This document shows positions 1 to 10,200 of a stretch of DNA of 64,000 nt, piece by piece. Location of the stretch: contig DF237076.1 in the NCBI GenBank assembly GCA_000708835.1, forward strand, positions 62,001-126,000. Reading direction: 5' to 3'. Source of the stretch: Klebsormidium nitens (lineage: Eukaryota > Plantae > Klebsormidiophyceae). The position numbers were made by a program, and so were the translations under genes. Each line of letters opens with the position of its first letter. The first letter of the stretch is position 1. Below the pieces are notes generated by a model. That model was not told the DNA's origin and ran no database searches. It saw nothing but the letters and a program-made list of their open reading frames with translations.

Positions 1-67
1 TTGGCAGGTTACATGGGGACCCGGTGTCATCTGACTTGCGCTGGGCTTCTTGAGAGTCGACTTCTAT

Positions 68-113
68 AACTTGGAGGCTTGGATTCGACTTACGTAACTT
101 GGAGGCTTGGATT
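68..113. repeat. Intronic 18-bp direct repeat AACTTGGAGGCTTGGATT x2
   Basis: Copies at about 68-85 and 96-113. Confidence 0.85.
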
Positions 114-214
114 TGCCTGGCTTGTCTGAAACAAGGTTGAAACAGGCCACGTTCTAGAAGGCCAAGTTGGTAACTTGCCAGCTTCGGAACTGACGGAACC
201 GATTTGTGGACCAG

Positions 215-1200
215 GCGTGTGGCCAGATCGAGGATCGAGCGTCCATGATTCTCTGCTCTCACTGCGACGCTTCCTACCACGAGGGTTGCCTGGACGAGAG
301 GTCAACTCCGAACGAAAAGGTAGGCGTCCCTTCACCTCTTCTGTTTCTATGTTGTCCCTTCCTGGGCTCGCGGCAACTTCAGACCTGAACAGCGGTTGTT
401 TTTTATGGTCGGTATTCGATTGCGGACGGAGTCCGGATGTTCAAAAGTATTCACCGTAGGTGCCATTGGTGGACTTTCTTTACCTGACACTATCGCTAGC
501 AAGTACGGAAACATCGGCTTCACAAACTGAGAAAATCAATCCTAGCACACAGCCTAATAGGTCTTGCACCCCGCCCTTTTCTGCAGCAACGCAAGCTTGG
601 CTGGATCTGCCCTGGCTGCTCGTCGTGCGCGTGCGGGACCACGCTGGGCCTCAAGGCCTCCTCGATGCGCTGGTTCCCGCGCAGCGACGGTGGCGTGGTG
701 TGCACCAAGTGCCTCCGCCAAAAGTCGCGGGGACACCTGTGCTCAGTGTGTCGGACGTCGTTCGAAGATGCGGCCGCGAAGGGCATCAACGAGTGCGCCA
801 AGTGTTTTCTGAAGGTGCACAAAGGTGAGGGGAAGATGTACTGAATGAACGTCCGTTCCTTTCGGGCTGGTAGAGCTGGTTGGGCCCTGTGGGGAAATAG
901 ATGGTGTGGCCGGGCGGATGTCTCGTTCTGCTTGCAGCTGTGCGGCTGACGTCCTTACTCAGATTAGACATCAGCAACCAAAACCGTTGCCAGAACATCC
1001 TGCGTCGTTGCCGGTCTCGAAAGTTCATGCATGTACGCTGTGTCAAGAGTCGTGACGCTGATTTGTTTGCTCTGTCACTCTTTATATACTTGTGAGATCA
1101 GTTGTTGTAACACCATCGCTCTCCGGAACAGGCTGCGACCCAAGTCGCCAGACGCCCAAGCCAGGCGCCGCCTACCACTGCCCCTCGTGCCGTAAGTCCG
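215..1200 (+). other. Tandem PHD zinc fingers (split over three exons)
   Basis: Cys/His spacing in exons 215-319, 587-824 and from 1132. Splicing 824>1132 restores HKGCD...YHCPSC. Confidence 0.85.
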
Positions 1201-4200
1201 GAACGCCCAAAACCGCGTCTGGTGTCCAACTTCGGTCTACAAAGAAGCGCCTCAAGGGCGCGCCTGGTACCCCCTCCGCCAGACCCAGCCAAGCCGTCGG
1301 GGGATCCCCCTTCCGCGGCAAAGTGCAACCCCCGACGCTGATTGTGGAGAACCCTGCCGCAGAGGAGGGCACAGCATCCTTGCAAATGGACCCGAGCCTG
1401 GGGGTCGGGGAGCTGGGCTTGACACCGGGCACAATGGCCAGGCTGGGGCTTGACTCCGGGTTCGGGACGGCGTCATTCGCGGAGGAGCAACAGGAGCTGG
1501 AAGCGGACTCGGAGCTTGCGATGCTGTTGAGGACCGGTTCGGACGTCGATCTTGCGAGCATCGGTGGGGGTTTGCTGGGTTCGCTCCAGAGTCCCGAAGG
1601 ACTGGCGTTTCTGCGGACCGGTACGTCGGACGGAGGCGCTTCCGGAAAGGGGGGGGAGCCACAGACGGAAGTTGCGGGAGAGAGCAACGAGCAGGAGGGG
1701 GGTCCCGCAAGACCAGGGACTGCCAAGATGGCGGCGTTCAAAGTACCCCCCCTGATCGTGAACAGCTTCGTGTCCCCCGGGGCGAGCTCGGGGAGCCCTT
1801 TCGGGATGCTTTTCTCGCAGCGCTCGGACCAAGTTGCGCTGCCCAACTTTCTGCCGGGGCAGCTCGACACGCCGAACGTGGCGGGGTCCGGGCTCTGGAA
1901 TAGCCCGCCCGTGGAGGCGCCACCTGGCAGCCAGCTGGACGCAACAGCTGGCGCCGCCGAGGAAGGAAAAAACGGGTTGGGGGGGGCGGACACGCCGCGG
2001 GGGGGTGCGCTCTCGGCCGAGGAGAAGCAGCGGGTGCGTGAGCGGCTGAGCCAGCTCGACACCCCGACGCAGGTCCGGTTGCAGCGCTTCCTGGAGGCGG
2101 AGAAAGCGAAGCAGGACGCGCAGTGGGCGCAGGTCGAGAACTTCATGCAGAAGCACAGCCGGCTGCAGGCGGAGCGCGAGAACGCGGCCCTCCGCCCCCC
2201 CGCCCTGAGCCCCCCGTTTCGGGGGGGTCCCAGCCCCGGCCCACTCCAGGGGCTGCTCGTGTCCCCCTCCCAGCACGCGTTTCTGCCGTTGACGGCAGAA
2301 CAGACCTACCTGAGACCGGACGCTTTGGACCACCATCCGCTGCTCAGCCCGCCGGACCGTCCGGATTCCCAGGCGCAGGAAACGGCGTTGCCCCCAAGAA
2401 GCGGTTCCGGTCCTGAGCCTGCTGGGTACTGGGAGGGCCGGCCCTTTTACCGCGAGCTCGCGCCCCAGAGAATCCCCTTTCCGGGGGGTTCCGCCAGCCG
2501 GCCGATGGGCCCCCCGTTTGCAGGAAGCGGCCCGCCGGGGCCCCCATCGCCAGCGGAAACGCACGGGCGCCAGATTGAGCTCGCGAAGCGAATGGCGACC
2601 AACGCGAACGCTGCGGAGACGTTTTTGAAGAAGCTACCGCCGCAGCTGGCGAAGGAGCTTCAGGACCGTTTTCCCGAGGGGGTTCCCCCGAGCGTGTTGT
2701 CGGCAATCGCGCAACACCTGGTGCGAGTGTCGACCATGCAGCAGCAGCAAGCCAGCCCGCACGCGCGCCCTCCTCCCCCCCAGGTTCGCTTCCTGCCAAA
2801 AGTCAGCTTGAAATTCCTGAAGTTCGTGGATGCCTTAAGCCGTGCTGGATAAGCCTTCGTTTTGCGTGGTTGGAACCTTTGCACTTTATACAGAGCCTTG
2901 TTTGGGAGCGCCTTGTGTCGTATTTCCCCTTGCTTCCTTTGAAAGTTGACTTGCGAAAGTGGGGTTGCACAGAAAACATTGCCTTGAGGAAGACCCGCTT
3001 CTGATAAGTGCTCTGACATCTTCGCAGCAAGTATCAATGTCGATTACGCAATGCTTCGTAAAGAGGCGAACCTCGCTGGATGGCACCCTTTTCAACCTTG
3101 TCATACGTGTCCGCTTTCCTTCTAGACCCGGCTTTCCTGTGCTGAGAGGCTTTCAACTCCCTCCTTTTCCAGGGACCGCTCGGAGCATCACCCCTGTCGC
3201 CAGCCGGCGTCCCTTATGTCGCCGACAAGAACGCGCTGGCAGCCCTCCAGATGCCCCCCCCAACAAGCGTTGTGCGCAGTCCACGAATGGGGGGAGCCCA
3301 GCAGATGAATGTTTCGGGGGGGGGCAATGGGTTGCTCCGGGGCCAGGCGCTGAGGAGTAGCCCCACATTTATGGCACAGTTCAAAAGGGGGGGTGAAAAG
3401 GGCCAGTCGAGAGCGCAGGCGCCCTGGAATGGGGGGTACGGAGGACAGATGGATCCGTCTTCAGCGCTGGCCAGGATGGCTGCGGCAAAGAGGACGATGA
3501 ACCAGGTGACTTATCGCCCAATCATCTGTTGCAACGCAGTGTTCTCTGCTCTCCCTCGCTTCTTTTTGGGTTGACGTGCGTCCAGTCTGGGGGTTCTTTA
3601 AGGCTTTTGGTTTGCAGTTAGAGTGATAAGCAAGCTTCCTCTACTTCAGCAAAGCTGCAGGTACAGAAGAGACTGTACCTAATGTATGCAGAAAATTCCT
3701 CAGAAGGAACGAGGCTAACGACTCATCTCGCTTTCTCCTTCTCCACTCAGCAACTTTCATCAATCTTTTGCCATTGCCGTCCTCCTTTCTGACGACGGCT
3801 TCATGCGCAATAAGCAAAGCCCTGGAAAGCAGCACCATATTCCTCCCAGCACGACCACAATTCCCTGTTCCCAAACCCTCTTAATCCTTCTACAGATGCC
3901 GAGCCCCCCCACCCTGGATCGCCCAATGAGCCAAGGGGGAGCGTCGGGGCTTTCCGTCCCGGGGCCTGGCTCCGCCGAAAGAGTCCTGACCCAGATGGCG
4001 CCCCCGAACGCGCGTCCATCCCCTCCTCCGAGCGAGCCGCTGACGCCAATTCAGCTGACCCCGCAGCAAATGGTCCGCAAGGCTGAGGTTGGTGGCCACA
4101 CTTTTACTTTTTTTTGTTTTAGAGAGCGCCCTTGCAACACCTGGTGAGGCCACTGAATTGCCTCCTGGAAGGATGCGAGCGTGTTGTATTAACCTCCTTA

Positions 4201-7200
4201 CAACTCGAAAAAGAACGGAATGTTGGGCTGTGAGCTACGAGGGTTGCTTGCTGACAGCATCTTGAGTCCTTTTCGAATGGCTTCGTGAAGCCTTAATGAG
4301 CATCCTTATGCGGCACGTTCTTGATCACCCCAAGGACTGTATGTAACAGAGTCTGGGTCCCCAGTGGCGACTCGGCCGTATGATTCAAGGATAAACAAAG
4401 TTCTCCAGATACGGACCGCTTTTTCTGAACATGCTTCAAAGGTCCGTCTTTTGTCCCATGCAGCTGGAGCAGTGGGTGACCCAGAAGTACAACGAGTTGG
4501 TCGAGAATCCCGACAGCGTGCGGCGCCTCGTGCACATGCACAACTCCGGCACCCTTCCCCCCGACGCCGGACCCCACATCGCGGTCCTGAAGAAGCTCCT
4601 CTCCGACCAGCAAAAGGCGTCCGGAATCCAGGCCAAATACACGGCGCTCATTCTGGCGTGCCAGAAGGAGGCGCTCGCGCACGGCGACCGGAAACGCGCG
4701 CAGCTGGCAATCCGGGGCCTGCAGCAGAAGCAGGAGGAAGAGCGGCGGCGCGCGTCCGCCGAGCAGCAGAAGTTCATCCGGCACGAGGCGGCGAAAATGG
4801 CGACGGACGTCGTCGAGAAAGAGGCGCGCGCGGCGCGGGGGACGCAGAACAAGGATTCGTTCCCCGGGGTGTTTTCGGCGTCCCTGTTCCAAGGAGGGGG
4901 GGATCCCTCGGGGGAGTTCCTGGGGGCCGGGCTGCCGAGCCCCGGGCTCTTGGCGAGCCCCGAGAGCTTCTTCGCGTCGGGGGGGTTTGGTAGCGTCGAG
5001 AAACTTTCAGGGGGCCACTCCGCGTTGAGGGGGGAGGCGGCCCGGACTGAGAGCCCCGACATGTTCGGTAACGGGGGGCTGCCAAAGAGTATACAAATGT
5101 ACCCCCGCAGCGTGTCGCCCGTACCGTTGGTCCCCGTTCAGCAGAGCTCCGCTGAGAATCCGTTTTCCGGGGGGGATGTGACGCCAGTCGCTTCTGGGGG
5201 CCTGCAATGGGAGTCACGCTTCAACGACAATCAGCTGGAGCCACTTTCAGGCACTGAGCGTTCGGAAGCATTTTCAGGCGCCGGGCAACAGTATGGAGAG
5301 GGAATAGTGCAAGAGAGGGAGAACGATGTATTCAACCTGCAAGGGGACCGAAGCTTAAAGAGGAGAAAGGAGGAGATGAGAGCGGTCGGGGGGAGTGGAG
5401 AGGATGGGCCTGGACCTAAGCGGCTAAGTGAACTGCGTGATAGCCGTTGCGAGGGCAGCCCGGTGATCGCCCAACTGGGGAGGAAACCACTCAAGCCGGC
5501 AGGCTCGCTTCCACCTCCGGGGAGAAACGCCCCGGGCGCAGGCGACGGCCAAAGTAGTGCAGCCAGAGACGGCCACGTGGCAGCGTTCCAGCCGGAGGAT
5601 GTTCGGGTAAAGCAGGCCAGGAGCACAGAGTCGAGCGGTTCTGATTCGGAGGACGAACCACTGATTCTGACGGCGTCCAAGAGGGCGCTTGGAGTAGGAA
5701 GCGAGCCGCGGTTGGTGAGGGATCCCTCTATCGGGAAGAAGGGAGGGCTGCCCGGGGAAAAGGCAAAGAGGAATCTCGGCGGATTATTGTCGGAGAGCGT
5801 GGTCGCGGAGGAGGAAAGTCAGCTGCATAAGGAGGCGGCCAGGTTTGCAGAACAGCCAGCGGTTTCTGAAGCTAAAAAGGTGAGCAGAAGCGAGACTTGT
5901 GAGTGAGGTTTGAGGCTGTGTAGAGGGAGCATGACCCCGAAAGAGAAGCGGTTGAACACAGCTTGTTTCAAACTGCATTGTCGACGGGCTCGCTTGTCTT
6001 CGAGAGCTCTGCGGTCTTAGGGACTCTAGAAAACATATCTGGAGGTGCATCAACGTTGGTGGAAAGGTTTCTGGTCATCTTGTTTCGATCTAAGACAACC
6101 AGTATTGAAGTACAGACGAGTGTGCAATGGGGTTCAAGATTCTTCCGCACATTGCTTCGAATAGCACGTGACCATCAGTCAAGTTGCAGAACTCATACGT
6201 TCTTTATCGGAGGAGTGAATCGGTTGGCTGACATCGAATTCAACAAAGCGCCCAAGATAGTGGAGAACGTGCTTTCAATCATCTGTTTAATACCACTCGT
6301 TCAGGAGCCGTCTTATACGCTTCCAAGAAGCCCACCTTATGCTTCTCCTTCCCGTCTTTCTACAGAAGGGTTCCGATAGCAGCGCCCAGAAGGACCCTCC
6401 CGCGGAAGACGGCAAGAAGGCGAAGCGCCGAAAAGCGATCGGCGCGTCTGGGGAGCTTCTCCTGCTCGCCCAAACGGCCCGGCAACAGTTGACACAGCTC
6501 CTGAAAGCGGAGCGCGATTCGCAGGACCGCACAATGGCCGCGCTGTTCGAAAGCGTCGGAGAAAAGCGCATCGCAGAACTAGAGCGAGAAGCTCGGGAGA
6601 AACTTAGAGGGCCCAGCGAGCCGGGTTTAGAAGCGGGTCAGGAAAGTGGGTGCAGCGGGTTGGGCAAAGAGAGGGCGGATCTCGTGGTGGGCGGATTCGC
6701 CGTGGAGGGGGGGGCGCTGGCCGTGTCTCTGCAGCCCCCTGGGACGGAGGTCGAGTTCCACAACGGGAAGATCAGTGTGGTCAAGGAAGAAGCCGGCGAG
6801 GGGCCAAGCGGGGTTTCGCAACTAGAGGGGGGTGAAGTTTTCGGCCAACCAGGGGGAGCGAAGGGGTCCAGAAAGAGAAAAGCTGCGGAGGGAGGGGAGG
6901 ATGGGGATGGCCCCCGCGCGAAGAAACAGCGGTCGAGTCACCTGCAGATTCGGCAGGCGGTACGGGCGCAGATGCCGGTGAAGCCCAACAAGGAAGGTTC
7001 CAGGGGGGTCGAAGTGCCTGCGGGAGCACCCGGGGGAGCGGAGCCGATGTGGAGCGAAAAGTGGTGGCTGGATAAGTGGAGAAAAGAAGAAAGGGCGGCC
7101 AAGGGCCGCGCGCGCAGGGGGAGGATGGGGCGTCGTCAGGAGAAGACGTGCCGATCGGTCGAGCTCTGATGAACAAGGGTAAGCCTTTGGCGTTCATGAG

Positions 7201-10200
7201 TCTTGTGTAAACCAGCTCCAAGCGAGGGAAATGTTTAGTTGCGATCTGACATTCCTGGTTTGATCGGCCCGATTCCAAAGGACGATCCTAAAGGGCGATA
7301 TTGCAGGCTGATTGGGTCAATGGACGAATTGCTTCAGGAATGCCGTCTTGAAAGAGGCTATTGATGCGTATCCCCCTGCCTGGTGGATGCGACATACTAG
7401 TCTGACTTAGCCCACTGTCATTAGACGAGTATTGCATGGATCGTCCAAGTACTTCCGCTCACCCTCATTGTACAACGTTACGGACCTTCAAACTCACATT
7501 GGAAACATTCTTTCTCCAGGTGTGGCAGAAAAGCGGCTTGGCTCGAAGAAGAAGCGCCCGTCGCACAAGCGGTCTGCGACACGCACCTCTGAACCCCCCT
7601 TCAAATCGGACCTCCGTCCCTGCACGCTCTGTCGGAAAGGCGCCCACGAGGGTGGCGCCGGACGCTTGCTTTACTGCGGGCCCGCCACGTGGGTCCACAT
7701 TAACTGCATCATGTGGGCGCAGCACATCCCGCGGCTGCCAAGTGGCGAGCTCTGGTTCGTCCACTCCGTGCTGCTCCGCGCGTGGAAGCGGCGCTGCTCG
7801 AGCTGCGGCGACTTCGGCGCGAGCGTCGCGTGCGGTTCGAACCACTGCGGGGAGCGCTTCCACTTCCCGTGCGCGCTGAAAGCGGGGGCGGCGTTCATCC
7901 AGGGGGGGAGGGTCTACTGCGCGAAGCACGCGACTAGGGAGCGGCTGAAGCGGCTCCCAGTGTTGCAAGGCGACACGCACTTTGCGCGCCTGCGCGCGTT
8001 TGTCGAGCCGTGGTGGACGCGGGAGAGGCCGACACGTGGCAGTCGGGAGAGCTCCGAGCAGAGCGGGAAAGCGGGTCAAGAACCGGGTCAGAAAGATGAC
8101 CAGGTGACCGAGGTACTCGAGGAGGCGGGTCAATCCGTGACCGAACAGGAAGCGGGTCAGGAAACGGGTCAAGCTGCTGGGCCCGCACAAGCACAGGTGC
8201 GCGCAAACGCTCTCCAGGAAGGCCCCGACTTGCCGGCTGACAGCAGCGAAGCAGTGACAGCTGGTGGCGGTGGAACGCCAGCTGTTCCGAACGGTCTGGA
8301 CGCCGGACAGCCGAACCCGGAAGCGGACGGTCGGGTGCTGGATTCGGACGGGCGGGAAGTGAAGAGGGCCCGGTTAGATGAACCCGGTCAGAGTGTGCCG
8401 GCTGCGGAGATTGGGAGCGGCGAGTTTGACGGGAGACGACCGATGGAGTTTGAGGACCCACCAGGGGTTTCGGAACCGCAGGCCACTAGCGCAAAGGCCA
8501 CTGCTAGCGTGGGGCCTGTTCACACCGAAATTGGACCAGAGCTGATGCAGGTTGATTCGCAAACCGAGGGGACTGTGGATGTCTACATGCAAGAGGAGAG
8601 GCCTATCGGCGTAGCCCCGACCGACGGCGCTGATCCCCTTGGGGGGGATGAGAAGCACGATAGCGGCCCTGTCTCTGTCCCCCCTGTTGATAGTGCGAAT
8701 GCCCCCCGAATCCTCGACGTGACTCTGCCAAGAGCGGACTCGCTCAGGTTCGAGTCAAACAGCCCCCGGCGATCGCCCGGCAGCTTCGCATCGCCGATCG
8801 CGGGGCTGAGCATCGTCAAAGGCAAGCGCGCCAAGCGCAGCCGGCTCGAGGACAGCTGGGGCTCGGGACAGCTCCTCCCGGGGGGTGCCCCCCCGGCTAG
8901 AAACTTCCCCCCCCGGGAAGAAGACGACCCGGAGGTGCCCCCCGGGGAAGGCCCGGGCCTGGTTCAGTTCCTGCGGGTGGGGGCGCTTTCCGTGGAGAGC
9001 TTGGGCGAGCTCGTGCATGACCAACGGGGGTTCCACTCGCTAACCCAGCTTTTCCCGGTCGGGTTTCGGGCGTGGCGCGTGCACTGGAGCACGCAGCGCC
9101 CGAACCAGCGGTGCCTGTACCTGCTGGAGATAGTGCGGACAGCATATGGGCCGCTATTCCGGATCACGGCCTGGGGAGAGGTCGGCCGACGGAGGGAGCC
9201 CGAGGGGGCGGCGCCGGTCAACCCGCCGATGCATCCGATCACGGCCTCGAGGTGGGTTGCTCTTGAGGTTACGAGTACGATTGGATTTCTTTGCAGAAGA
9301 CTGCCGCTTCGCCGAGCTCAGAAAGTTGGTTCCCAGCTTGTGATAAGAATGTGGTACAAACACACTTGCCAGTGATTTCTCACTTCGCTCAAGTAGCATC
9401 AAAGACCTTGACTGATCTTTGTGTCGTTCAATGAATTCTGAGCTCAGGCCATGGCATCCTTTAACCTTTAAACGGCCACGCATGAATGCATCCCCTGCGG
9501 GATATGCGAGAGGCGAAAACGGGTCAGCACAAACAGAGGAAGGTAGTCAAGAAGAAAGAAATATCCCTTAACTAAGTTCTGACCCACTCTTTCCGCGCAG
9601 CCTCGACGAAGCGTGGGCCAACCTGGACGACCGCATCTGGGCCATGCGCCGCAGCAACGGGGTCGCCTGGAAGCGCCACCGCCGCTTCTGGGGGGCTGCC
9701 CACAGCAGGGGTTTGAGCCCCCTGTCCCCGCGAGCCGCCCACATGTCGCCCAAACCCCTGAGCCCCCACTTTCAGCACCAAGACCAAGGCCCCGCAGCCT
9801 GCGGCGCTTGCTGCGGTGCGTGGCTGTTCGGGCTGCACGTGTGGGACGTGTGCAAGCGCCTGGAATTTCTGCCCCGGGCGGAGGAGTGCCCCCGGTACAA
9901 GTTCCGGCACAGGGAGGAGCTGGTCGGGAGGTACGCACCGGTCGCTTGGTTTGATTGTGTTGAACAGGATAACGCAAGGTTTCTGACTGAGCCGCGCATG
10001 GTTATGTGCCATAATTTGGTGCCGGTTGTTCAAGATGGAAGTGTGGTTCGCAGCACTTCCCTCTCTAATTTTATGCTTACGCTGGAGTTACCCGAAAGTA
10101 TTCATTGCCTCGCCGCCCTCATCAACTCTCTAATCGCTAGAATATCAGCTGTGCCCTCTGCAAAGATGCGACGTCCTCCTCCGCTCCAGGAACGCACGCT

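Noticed and set aside
938-1032. Possible cassette exon (cttgcag|...CAT|gtacgc)
   Set aside because: It is phase 1 to phase 0, incompatible with the flanking exons, and direct 824>1132 splicing completes the PHD finger.
1172-9266. Long antisense and alternate-frame ORFs (e.g. 1172-2146, 1473-2564, 4436-5062, 7465-8190)
   Set aside because: These are shadows of GC-rich coding exons with no independent motifs.
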